NCBI GenBank assembly: GCA_963696395.1 | Contig: CAVOJZ010000002.1 | Span: 363,989 to 427,988 of the forward strand | Length of the DNA stretch: 64,000 nucleotides | Source: an uncultured bacterium | Lineage (GTDB): Bacteria; Patescibacteriota; Minisyncoccia; UBA6257; 2-01-FULL-56-20 | Direction of reading: 5' to 3' | Program-made: the position numbers and the translations under genes | Notes under the pieces: generated by a model | Seen by the model: only the letters and a program-made list of their open reading frames with translations | What the model was told of the DNA's origin: nothing | The model's database searches: none | Part shown: piece by piece, positions 29,950 to 40,938 of the stretch | Layout of the letters: every line of letters starts with the position of its first letter | How positions within the stretch are numbered: position 1 is the stretch's first letter

Positions 29950-30975
29950 TTACGACATTCGTATCGGCTCGCTCTGATCGTTGTTCAGGAGCACCTCAAC
30001 GCCCGCATGCATGAACCGCACCGGAACCTGCGTGAATTCGGAAAGGTTGTTTTTTGCCGCAGCCGCAGTTACCGCTGCCTTTACCGCCGCTTGTTTCTCA
30101 TACGGCGTCATGAAAAGCACGCATCCGCCGCCGCCCGCACCGAGAATCTTTCCGCCCCATGCACCGGCGTTTTTGCCCGCGTCATACAACGCGTCAATTA
30201 CGGGATTTGAGACATTCGAAGCGAGTGTCTTTTTGGTGACCCACCCTTCGTGCAGCATCTCACCCATGCCTTCAAAATCCCCTTTCTCGAGCCGGTCGCG
30301 GAATTCAAACACCGAGTCCGACATTGCCTTCAAGGATTCCATCTTTTTATCTATATTAGCTTTCTGTTCGGTGAGAACCGATGATGCAAATCGCCGGATG
30401 CCGGTGTAGAAAAGCTGAATGTGGTCCTGAAATGCGCTTTCGATTTTGTAATCGACGTGCACCGGCGTGACGTCAACGCTATGATCGGCATTAAACTGAA
30501 AAATGTTGATGCCGCCGTACGCCGCCGCATACTGATCCTGTTTGCCGATTGGTTCTTTCACCAGATCGATCTCAAGATGCGAGGCGAGCTCGGCGATATT
30601 GCCGACAGAGATCCGCTCCTTTCGCGCGGTAAGAAGCGCCTTCATAAGCGCAACCGAAAAACTCGATGACGACCCGAGCCCCGTTTTTTCCGGGAGGTCG
30701 TTAAACGTCGTTATCGTCATATTGTTCGTGATGCCAAAATGGAGCAATGCCTCCCTGATCCTGTCGTTCTCAATGTCTTTCGCATGATCCACTTCTTCCG
30801 TTTTAAAATACCGCGCGGTCACTTTTTTGAGAAGCGGTGCGCGATTCACCGACACATAGACATATTTGTCGATAGCCGTCGAAATCACACGGCCCGGGTA
30901 CTTGGTATAAAAATCGGCGAGGTCGGTTCCTCCGCCAACAAAGCTGATTCGCATAGGGGCTCGAACGATAATCAT
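29950..30975 (-). CDS. hddA: GHMP kinase, D-glycero-alpha-D-manno-heptose 7-phosphate kinase-like
   Basis: RAPMRISFVGGGTD, GLGSSS, GKQDQY, KILGAGGGG. Confidence 0.85.
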   Translation of the reverse strand: MIIVRAPMRISFVGGGTDLADFYTKYPGRVISTAIDKYVYVSVNRAPLLKKVTARYFKTEEVDHAKDIENDRIREALLHFGITNNMTITTFNDLPEKTGLGSSSSFSVALMKALLTARKERISVGNIAELASHLEIDLVKEPIGKQDQYAAAYGGINIFQFNADHSVDVTPVHVDYKIESAFQDHIQLFYTGIRRFASSVLTEQKANIDKKMESLKAMSDSVFEFRDRLEKGDFEGMGEMLHEGWVTKKTLASNVSNPVIDALYDAGKNAGAWGGKILGAGGGGCVLFMTPYEKQAAVKAAVTAAAAKNNLSEFTQVPVRFMHAGVEVLLNNDQSEPIRMS

Positions 30976-31020
30976 GGTACCTGCATATAATAGATTAATT
31001 CGTTCTAAAGTCAATAAAAT

Positions 31021-31048
31021 TTGACAAAATTATGATGAATGATATAAT
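31021..31048 (+). promoter_or_regulatory. Consensus sigma70 promoter TTGACA-16-TATAAT
   Basis: Read directly; upstream of the GAGGAG-led IMPase gene. Confidence 0.8.
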
Positions 31049-31101
31049 CTTTTCCGCACCTTCCAATAAGAAAATAACGGAGCCATCGTTGAGGAGACAA
31101 C

Positions 31102-31923
31102 ATGAAAGAAAGCACATTCGCAACAATTTACGCTACGGGTCTGTATAGGCTTACCCGGGATGCGTTCTGCAATGCAGGAGAACGAATCCTCGAAATCCGC
31201 CGCGAAGGGCTTGCCCCTGAAAGCAAGAAATCATTCCAGGACATCCGGACCAAAGGAGACATTGAAGCCGAATCGCTGCTCACCGCCTTTATAAAACAAA
31301 ACTTTCCGAGCGACGGCATCCAGGGCGAGGAAGGAACCTCTGAGTCTTTAACGGCTGATTACCTTTGGTACTTGGATCCGATCGACGGGACAACAGTCTA
31401 CGCCGCCGGAATGGATTACTTTGGGGTTTCAGGAGGGCGTGCGCAAAGCGGACGAGGCCACTTCGGTATTGTTCGTTTTCCCGCGCTCGGCTACACCGTC
31501 TTCGGCGGAAAATCCGGGGGCGGCTGGATAGATGACGGCACTACGGTCCGACGACTTCGGGAAAAACCCTCTCCCAAAAGCCTGCGCGAATCGACAATCG
31601 TACTCGACCTCAGCATCGACGAAGAGAAGAAATTCCGCGAACCATTTCAACGGGCATGCATGATGATCCTCAAGTTCGGCTCGTGCGTGTTCGAATGCTC
31701 ACTCGTCGCCCGCGGTCTCGTCGGCGGATATCTCAATAAGACCGCAAAGCGGCACGACGCCGCGGCGATATCCGTCATCGGCGAAGCCGAAGGCTGTATC
31801 GTAAACGATCTCGACGGTAAACCGATCGACCTCCGAAACGAGAATGTGCCATTCGCCATGGCCGGCAACCAGGCCATCATGGACGATATGCTCCTTCTCT
31901 ATCATCAGCTCGCGAAGCAATAA
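31102..31923 (+). CDS. Inositol monophosphatase family protein
   Basis: TKGDIEAE, GEE, WYLDPIDGT, HDAAA. Confidence 0.88.
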   Translation: MKESTFATIYATGLYRLTRDAFCNAGERILEIRREGLAPESKKSFQDIRTKGDIEAESLLTAFIKQNFPSDGIQGEEGTSESLTADYLWYLDPIDGTTVYAAGMDYFGVSGGRAQSGRGHFGIVRFPALGYTVFGGKSGGGWIDDGTTVRRLREKPSPKSLRESTIVLDLSIDEEKKFREPFQRACMMILKFGSCVFECSLVARGLVGGYLNKTAKRHDAAAISVIGEAEGCIVNDLDGKPIDLRNENVPFAMAGNQAIMDDMLLLYHQLAKQ

Positions 31924-31944
31924 AACGCTTCCAAAAAATAAACA

Positions 31945-31973
31945 CCCCGTAGACCATGTATCGGTCTACGGGG
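31945..31973. terminator. Probably bidirectional terminator between convergent IMPase and HD genes
   Basis: CCCCGTAGACC-7nt-GGTCTACGGGG flanked by A and T runs. Confidence 0.75.
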
Positions 31974-31977
31974 ATTT

Positions 31978-32706
31978 TTATCCTTTCCGCAACGCAAGCG
32001 CGTAGAGTTCGCTTGGGTCGCCTTTGAAGTTGAGTTTCACGGCCAGTTCTTTTTCGAGCGGCAGCACGACGCTGTCGAACGTCTCACGATGCGTCATTCC
32101 GTATTTCTGACGAAATGCCTCGTTCGCCCACTCATACCGCCCTCCGGGCTTGAATTCCGGGAGAAGGTCGTCGAACCGCTGTTTGTAGCCGACGATCTTA
32201 TCACCGGAAACACAATCATCGGCGTAATGCATCAGCTTGCCGCGGAAGTCGGCTTTTCCCGCGAGGATTCGATCGAGACCGAGATCGCCGGTCGTTTTTG
32301 CAACTTCCACAACCTCCGGTGAAAATCCAAGCTCGGTCAAAAACGCGCCCGCAGCCAGTTCGGCTTCCCGATTCGCCGTGTGGCGATCCACTCTTTCACG
32401 CTTCGCCCTTTCACCAGCCTCCCACTCCCGGCGCTTGTAAGCGTCGTGCACGAGGCCGGCCTCAACGAGTATCGGGTCGCCATCGCTCAGGCAGTACGCC
32501 GTCCAGGCAACAACGACATTGTGCGCAACCACGTTTATCCAGGTTCGATTCAATTCCCCGTTAGCCCATCCCGGAGAAAGCAATCCTCCCTGTTCCCAGG
32601 CCGCGACCACTCTGTCGGGCACCATACTCACCGGCAATGCAGGCAGAAGCTCGTTGATACTCTTAATGCGGTTCTCCGACTCAACAAAATAATTGGATAC
32701 CTCCAC
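31978..32706 (-). CDS. HD-domain phosphohydrolase
   Basis: AHN...LVHDAYK...HYADD; AGGAGG SD upstream of GTG. Confidence 0.75.
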   Translation of the reverse strand: MEVSNYFVESENRIKSINELLPALPVSMVPDRVVAAWEQGGLLSPGWANGELNRTWINVVAHNVVVAWTAYCLSDGDPILVEAGLVHDAYKRREWEAGERAKRERVDRHTANREAELAAGAFLTELGFSPEVVEVAKTTGDLGLDRILAGKADFRGKLMHYADDCVSGDKIVGYKQRFDDLLPEFKPGGRYEWANEAFRQKYGMTHRETFDSVVLPLEKELAVKLNFKGDPSELYALALRKG

Positions 32707-32750
32707 GAACCCTCCTTCGTAAGCAGATTATCAAGATTACCACTGGCGCA

Positions 32751-32778
32751 ATTATATCATATAAACCTTTTTAGTCAA
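32751..32778 (-). promoter_or_regulatory. Sigma70-type promoter TTGACT-16-TATAAT
   Basis: Read directly on the minus strand upstream of the HD gene. Confidence 0.7.
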
Positions 32779-32789
32779 TGCTACGGCGA

Positions 32790-32819
32790 AAAACCCCGAC
32801 CTTGGAATGTCGGGGTTTT
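32790..32819 (-). terminator. Intrinsic terminator after the methyltransferase
   Basis: AAAACCCCGAC/GTCGGGGTTTT inverted repeat. Confidence 0.7.
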
Positions 32820-32855
32820 CTTTGTTGTGGTTACGTTCTCACTTAAGCTCTATGC

Positions 32856-34091
32856 TTATCCAAGTTTCACCACATGCGGCTCCTTGGGGAATGGCAAAAC
32901 GCAATCTCCCTTAAATTTGTAGTGATCGGTAAGATGCTTCGTGATTTCGTCTTTAAAGTTCCACGCCATGAGGAAAATACAATCCGGCTTTGTCGCCATC
33001 ACGTCGTCAGATTTCTTGATTGGAATATGCGTACCAGCCGTAAACCTTCCTTGCTTCAGCGGGTTAAGATCGATAACCACGGGCACGATGTCGGTTGTGA
33101 TCCCGCAGAAATTCAACAGCGTTGAGCTGCGTGCGGACGCGCCCCAGCCGGCAATCTTTCGGCCCTTGCTTTTCTCGTCTTTCAAAATTGCCATGAGCCT
33201 GTCGCGATGCGCGATCGAACGTGCGGCAAAATCTTTCCAGCTTGAAAACTCGTTCGTCTTGGCGGCGTTCTCGGCCTGCCGATACTTCACGACATTCATC
33301 GAGGGAGTCACCTCGCCTTTCCGCGCGTAATAGACAAGCGATCCCCCGCTGATGGGACTTTCTGTTATATCAAAGACATAGAGACCGAAATCATTCAACA
33401 GTTTTTCCATACTCTTCACTGTGAAATAACAGAGGTGCTCGTGATAGATGGAGTCGTAGTGAAGTTCATCCAAAATCACTTTCCCGTAGTGGGCTTCGAT
33501 TGCGATCGTACCGGTTTCGCTCACGGACTTCTTCAGGCCTTCGACGAAATCCCGCGTGCCGGCAACATGCGGCAAGACATTGCGGGCAAAAACGATCTCC
33601 GCCTCGCCGTTCGCGGCAACAATATCATCGGCGACCTTCGATCCGAAGAACAAGGGATCGGTCGGGATCCCCGCATCGCGCGCCATTTTGGCGACATTTT
33701 CCGCCGGGTCAATGCCAAGCACCGGAAAATTATTTTTTTGGAACGGGATGAGGAACGTACCGTCGTTGGAAGCGATTTCCAGAACGTATCCCTTTTCGCG
33801 CGCGTGCGGCGTGCGGGATACAGCGGACTCATAGAAAGTCTGCGCATGCTTGTGTGCGGTGAGCGAGGTGCCCGTAAGCCAAAGATAGTGCTTAAAAAGA
33901 ATTTCCGGTTCAATGGTTTCGTTAAGCTGTACCAGAGTGCAATTATGGCAATAACTCAGAGACAATGAGTAGGCGTCGTCTTTCAGGTCAGCCCGATCCG
34001 GCAGGGAATTCGCAAGCGGCTGCTTTCCGAGATCGAAAAATCCCTCGATTTTATTGCTTCCGCAGACACGACAAGAAGAAATTGTTTGCAT
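32856..34091 (-). CDS. NDP-hexose C-methyltransferase-like class I SAM methyltransferase
   Basis: CRVC..CHNCTLVQL Zn site, EIASNDG, IYHEHLCYF, GWGASA, AWNFKDEI. Confidence 0.9.
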   Translation of the reverse strand: MQTISSCRVCGSNKIEGFFDLGKQPLANSLPDRADLKDDAYSLSLSYCHNCTLVQLNETIEPEILFKHYLWLTGTSLTAHKHAQTFYESAVSRTPHAREKGYVLEIASNDGTFLIPFQKNNFPVLGIDPAENVAKMARDAGIPTDPLFFGSKVADDIVAANGEAEIVFARNVLPHVAGTRDFVEGLKKSVSETGTIAIEAHYGKVILDELHYDSIYHEHLCYFTVKSMEKLLNDFGLYVFDITESPISGGSLVYYARKGEVTPSMNVVKYRQAENAAKTNEFSSWKDFAARSIAHRDRLMAILKDEKSKGRKIAGWGASARSSTLLNFCGITTDIVPVVIDLNPLKQGRFTAGTHIPIKKSDDVMATKPDCIFLMAWNFKDEITKHLTDHYKFKGDCVLPFPKEPHVVKLG

Positions 34092-34135
34092 AATTTTCAG
34101 ATTATACCATGAATCGGGGGGTAAAAATCAAGGGG

Positions 34136-35029
34136 CTACAGCCTCGTCCACCCGTCCGGAACCACATCCTCATTCCCCTGTGACGACGGGCTCCATCGCG
34201 CAGGCGCAACCACAATCTTTCCGGGATTTTCATTCAGCCAGGCACCCCACCAGGAAAAACTGCTGTTCGTAATCACGTTATGCTTGCACATCGACATAAG
34301 TTGGAGATGATAGCTTGCCTTTGGCCCTTCCGACGCCCGATCGATATACGTTGTCGGGAATGGAGGTTTTATATTTTCTCTGCACCACGCAATGTCGTCC
34401 GAAAAGATAAAAAACTTAGGATTTTTTACATGTTCATCGATGTAGGCGATTGCTTTGTCATAATAAGAGGAGTTGGTTTCTCCGTAAAGACTAGTGTTCT
34501 TGGGGATTAAATAGTCCGTACGCCGGACATGAAGCGAAACCGAATTTGACTCTCTGATATCTTTCGAGAGATTAAGTGCGTCGCCTTCGAGCGCGTGCTT
34601 AAATCGAAATTCTTTCCGCAATTCCTCTTCGATATCTGCGAAATAGCCAGGCGTCTGCCAGTATCCCCAAATAAGAATATTTCCCCTTGCATCGACGAGG
34701 TTTCGATCGAACACAAGTTCCTGCTTTTCTTTTAAAATTTTCTGGATGCCAAATGAATTTTTGATCTTGAGAAGTCCTAAATCGAGGCCAAGCCAGAGCC
34801 CAGGAACCGACATTGCGGTTGAGAGCTTCGAGAGCGTCGTAAACTTCGGCGTGATGTCAAAAATGTCGAGGTCGTATTCACGAAAGGTGAACTGCTTTCG
34901 TGGAAACCGGTCGTTCAGGTAGGTCGAGTCAATGAGTAAGGGGTCGTTATTTCTTTTTGCAATGCCCAATCCTGCAGCATATTGGAACATCTGATTTCCC
35001 AAACCGCCGCGCAAAAGTACAGTCACCAT
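34136..35029 (-). CDS. Alpha-1,2-fucosyltransferase (GT11), copy 2
   Basis: GGLGNQMFQYA, HVRRTDY, FSDDIAWC, NSSFSWWGAWL. Confidence 0.92.
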   Translation of the reverse strand: MVTVLLRGGLGNQMFQYAAGLGIAKRNNDPLLIDSTYLNDRFPRKQFTFREYDLDIFDITPKFTTLSKLSTAMSVPGLWLGLDLGLLKIKNSFGIQKILKEKQELVFDRNLVDARGNILIWGYWQTPGYFADIEEELRKEFRFKHALEGDALNLSKDIRESNSVSLHVRRTDYLIPKNTSLYGETNSSYYDKAIAYIDEHVKNPKFFIFSDDIAWCRENIKPPFPTTYIDRASEGPKASYHLQLMSMCKHNVITNSSFSWWGAWLNENPGKIVVAPARWSPSSQGNEDVVPDGWTRL

Positions 35030-35039
35030 GTCGTTGCTG

Positions 35040-37012
<1,973 letters not shown>

Positions 37013-37090
37013 GGATTTATTTTACGACAAAAGAAAGTTCATGACAAGCTTGGCGTCATGAAAAAAAGTCGCACGCCTTTCTCAAAAATT

Positions 37091-37747
37091 TTACTTCTTC
37101 GCGCTGGACTTCGTGGTTGACGGTGTCTGCGTAGCCATAAACTGCTGCAAGCTCATTGCTATGCGCGTATCGCTCGGCCAGTTCATGAGAATTTTTTGTG
37201 CAACGGAAATGGTGTCGCTCACGTCGCCGGCGGCACGATAAACATCGAACAATCCATAGAGTGGCTGAGGGCGATTCGGGCCGAGCATTTGGCCTTCCTG
37301 GTACCAATGCTCCGAAGCGGCGAGATAGGTGGGATTACCGGTTCCCGCAAAAGCAATCTCATTCACTGCACCTTCAAGATACAAATCCTGCCCGAAACTC
37401 ATGCCCTTCCCACGATTAAGAATCGGATCGTAATAATTATTTAGGAATCCGACAAGCGCCGCGGTCGAAGTTGCATTGTTCCCTTGTTGCTGGACGAATG
37501 CCAAAACGCTGTTTGCAAGATTTCTTACAAGCTCTTCCTGGCCGATCGGCGCGTAATAGTCCAAGGGGCCTGAAACACGGGTCTCAAGATCTTGAAGTGA
37601 TGTTGCCGGATTCGTCTGGAGCGATTGAAGCGTGCTGATGAATCCCTCCGCCTTGCGCATCGGTCGGTAGGATCCGAGGTAGCTCACGCCCAAAACAAGG
37701 ATAACGATGATGATTGCGGTAAGTTGTTTGTAGGTTCGGTCTTCCAT
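37091..37747 (-). CDS. Membrane-anchored helical (TPR-like) hypothetical protein
   Basis: N-terminal TM; helical pattern (LGPNRPQPLYGL..ILMNWP); 10 nt downstream of the ligase-like gene. Confidence 0.6.
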   Translation of the reverse strand: MEDRTYKQLTAIIIVILVLGVSYLGSYRPMRKAEGFISTLQSLQTNPATSLQDLETRVSGPLDYYAPIGQEELVRNLANSVLAFVQQQGNNATSTAALVGFLNNYYDPILNRGKGMSFGQDLYLEGAVNEIAFAGTGNPTYLAASEHWYQEGQMLGPNRPQPLYGLFDVYRAAGDVSDTISVAQKILMNWPSDTRIAMSLQQFMATQTPSTTKSSAKK

Positions 37748-37757
37748 GTTTTTATTG

Positions 37758-39227
37758 TTACGCGGCTTTTTGGTGCGCGTGCGCGGAGAAGTAGTAGGTT
37801 GCGAACCCGAAGAATAGGAACAAGTTGATGTACATGGGGAAGACGTCGAAAATGGCGAGACCCTGGACGAGATATGCCACCGGCAATGCCAAAATCGCGC
37901 CCTTTAGAACCGTCGATGCATTTGCATGCTCGCCTCTCTTGTGAAGGTCGCGCCGGCGGAAGAATTCCCAGAAGATTACGAAGAAAATGCTTGCGTACGC
38001 AAGAAGTCCGATAAGTCCCGTCTCGGAAAGATAATCAAAGACGATGCTGTGTGCACGGTCGAACCAGGTTTCCGTATTCTGGTTCGGCACATAGAACCGC
38101 GGATCGAAATACCTGTCATACACCGCCGTGAAATTTTCCGGACCCCATCCGAAAACAGGCCGCGCAAGGAATCCCTGCCACGCTTCACCCCAAACCCAAA
38201 GGCGGGTTTGCGCCGTAGAGTCGGACAGGCTGATTTGCAACAACCGCCCTTCCGGCAAATTCTGCACGAATGTGCTGTTGCGCTCGGCGTAAGCTCCGAC
38301 GCCCAATATGATAAGTAAAATAGCAACCGCCGCAGACCACTTCCTGACCTTCACGCTGCCCGTGAAGGCAAAGTAGGCGAGGAGGGCAATCACGCCGGCA
38401 CCAAGACCAAGGAACGCGCCGCGCGTTTGCGTGAGGATGAAGAAGAATAAGAATACAACAAGAAGTGCGCTATAACCCCACGTGGCAAGTTTCGAGGATT
38501 TATTTTCAATCCTCCCGGCGAGCCAGAGATAAACCGCATAGAATGCCGCGAAAAGAAGATACGGAGCCACATAAGCCGGGTTACCAAGCGAACCTTCAAA
38601 ACGACCGTCGATCAAAATGTGCCACCAGCCTGCCGGAGCTCCCCCGCCGGCGTAAGGACCGATAAAGCCATTAACCATATAGTTTCCGAGAAGGCCGTAC
38701 CCGATCATAAGCCCCGACGCAACGAGCGACCAGCGGAAAATATTCTTCCAATCGTTCTCCTCCTGGAAGAGCGTCACGAGGAGCATGAAGAAGATGTAGT
38801 AGTGAATCATCTGGAAGCCTCCTTCGCCGCGTTCATAGTTTGACCAGAACGCCGCATGCGCATCGAGTGCAAACGCGCAGGCGAGAAGGAACGCCGCCAC
38901 AAATGCCGTCACCGCAATAACAAGCGGCTTCTTGTAATTCGCTTTTATGAGATTTTTTATTTCGTCCTTGCGAGCTTCGAATGCCCAATAAAGGATATAG
39001 GCGATAAGCGAGAGCTCAACCGTGAAGCGGAAAAAATAATCCTTTCCGCCGATGAACGGGAAAAAAATTGAGTCCATCACGACCACGACCGCCAGCACGG
39101 ATATATAGAGATACCACTTTGAGATTTGCTTGAACGAAAACTTGAGGAATTTGCCGATGATACCGACGAGGAGCAGACCTGCAATTACGGACGTTACGAG
39201 CGGATAATTAAATATGGTGTCGGACAT
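37758..39227 (-). CDS. O-antigen ligase / Wzy_C family membrane protein
   Basis: Multi-TM; GSLGNP, TQTRGAFLG, R..VW, FGWGPENF, DRAHS..D..SETG. Confidence 0.88.
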   Translation of the reverse strand: MSDTIFNYPLVTSVIAGLLLVGIIGKFLKFSFKQISKWYLYISVLAVVVVMDSIFFPFIGGKDYFFRFTVELSLIAYILYWAFEARKDEIKNLIKANYKKPLVIAVTAFVAAFLLACAFALDAHAAFWSNYERGEGGFQMIHYYIFFMLLVTLFQEENDWKNIFRWSLVASGLMIGYGLLGNYMVNGFIGPYAGGGAPAGWWHILIDGRFEGSLGNPAYVAPYLLFAAFYAVYLWLAGRIENKSSKLATWGYSALLVVFLFFFILTQTRGAFLGLGAGVIALLAYFAFTGSVKVRKWSAAVAILLIILGVGAYAERNSTFVQNLPEGRLLQISLSDSTAQTRLWVWGEAWQGFLARPVFGWGPENFTAVYDRYFDPRFYVPNQNTETWFDRAHSIVFDYLSETGLIGLLAYASIFFVIFWEFFRRRDLHKRGEHANASTVLKGAILALPVAYLVQGLAIFDVFPMYINLFLFFGFATYYFSAHAHQKAA

Positions 39228-39268
39228 ATGGGTTTTAGTATATCACATACAGTAATATTGCAAGCGCC

Positions 39269-40795
39269 CTACCTGGCGTACTCAACCGCCCTCATTTCTC
39301 GGATAACATTTACCCGTATTTCGCCAGGATATTTGAGTTCCGATTGGATCTTATTCGCGATCTCCCGGGCAAGTTCCAAAGCCCTGAAATCATCGATTTT
39401 TTCGGGGATAACAAAGACCCGGAGTTCGCGGCCGGCCGCGATAGCGTAGGCGGATTTCACGCCAGGAAATTCAAGGGCGATCCTTTCGAGATCCGCAAGG
39501 CGCTTGATATAAGTTTCTATCGTACCGCGGCGGGCTCCCGGGCGGGCCGCGGACAAAACGTCAGCCGCAGTCACCACGTATGCCTCCGGCCGGGCGTACG
39601 GGAAATCTTCGTGATGGGATTGCATCGCTTCAACCACCCGCTCGTCGATGTTATATTTCTTGAGAAGCTTCATGCCGAGATCAACGTGCGTCCCCTCCAC
39701 TTCGTGGTCAATCGCTTTACCGATGTCGTGGAGCAACGCCCCTTTCTTTGCGACTTCAGCATTCAATCCGAGTTCGCGCGCCATCATTTCCGCGATATAC
39801 GCCATCTCAACAGAATGCGTGAGCACGTTCTGTCCGAAACTTGTTCGGAAATGGAGCCGTCCCAGAAGTTGGAGAATTTCTTTTGGAAGGTCGAAGACTC
39901 CCAAATCCTGAGCTGCAGCTTCGCCGATATCCTGTGCGCGTTTGTTGAGTTCCGCTTTCGCCTCTTCAACTTTCTCTTCAATTTTCGCGGGCTGGATGCG
40001 ACCATCTTTAATGAGCTTTTCGAGAGCCATTCTCGCGGTTTCGCGGCGATAGGGGTCGAACGAGGAGATAATAATCGTATCCGGTGCCTCGTCGATGATG
40101 AATTCAACGCCGGTCGCCCGCTCAAGAGCCCTTATATTCCGGCCCTCGCGGCCGATAATCTTGCCTTTTATTTCCTCGTCGGTGATCGGGAAAACAGTGG
40201 TTGTTATTTCTGCAACATGTGAACGCGCATAGCGCTGGAGGGCGGTCGTAATGATATCCGCGGCTTTCTTTTCTATCTCTTCGCGGTTTTCCCGGTCCAT
40301 CTTTTGGATCAGTTGGGCCGTATCCTGCGTGCGGTCCTCTTTGGCACGGCGAATGATTTCCAAGCGGGCCTGTTCAACGGAAAGGCCGCTCACCTTTTGG
40401 AGCCGAACCTCAACATCGCCCTCCTTCTTTCCAAGGTCATCTTCGCGAACCTTCAAACCGTCCTCCTTCACGCGAAGCTTGTTCTGCTCCGCCGTGAGAT
40501 CGTTCAATTTTTTATCGAGCGATTCTTCGCGCTGTAAAACACGCGCTTCAATCGCGTCGATTTCTTTCCTGCGCTCTTTCTCTTCGTTCTTAACTTCGGC
40601 GGAAACCGAGGCCGCTTTTTCTTTTGCCTCAAGCACAATTTCCTTGGCCCGCGTTTCCGCGTCTGCAAGGTTCTTTTTTATTTGTTCTTCGACTCCTCCG
40701 AGCTGTTTAGCTGCCCAGGATTTTCGAACGACGTATCCAACGGCTACCCCAACGAGGGCTGCAACGAGCCCTACCAAGGCTGTAGTGGCATTCAT
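39269..40795 (-). CDS. rny: Ribonuclease Y
   Basis: N-terminal TM, coiled coil, KH (IIGREGRNIR), HD (LLHDIGKA), ARPGARR. Confidence 0.97.
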   Translation of the reverse strand: MNATTALVGLVAALVGVAVGYVVRKSWAAKQLGGVEEQIKKNLADAETRAKEIVLEAKEKAASVSAEVKNEEKERRKEIDAIEARVLQREESLDKKLNDLTAEQNKLRVKEDGLKVREDDLGKKEGDVEVRLQKVSGLSVEQARLEIIRRAKEDRTQDTAQLIQKMDRENREEIEKKAADIITTALQRYARSHVAEITTTVFPITDEEIKGKIIGREGRNIRALERATGVEFIIDEAPDTIIISSFDPYRRETARMALEKLIKDGRIQPAKIEEKVEEAKAELNKRAQDIGEAAAQDLGVFDLPKEILQLLGRLHFRTSFGQNVLTHSVEMAYIAEMMARELGLNAEVAKKGALLHDIGKAIDHEVEGTHVDLGMKLLKKYNIDERVVEAMQSHHEDFPYARPEAYVVTAADVLSAARPGARRGTIETYIKRLADLERIALEFPGVKSAYAIAAGRELRVFVIPEKIDDFRALELAREIANKIQSELKYPGEIRVNVIREMRAVEYAR

Positions 40796-40938
40796 GTGAA
40801 TAATTAATAACTACGGGTTTCATTTATTTTTAATGACTTTTGATTACTCATATGATAGCCGTTTGGGGCGTCTCGGTCAAATCACGGAGCCTCTCGAATG
40901 GTTGGGTGAGAACGCGCTGATTGCGATATAATAGGTGC

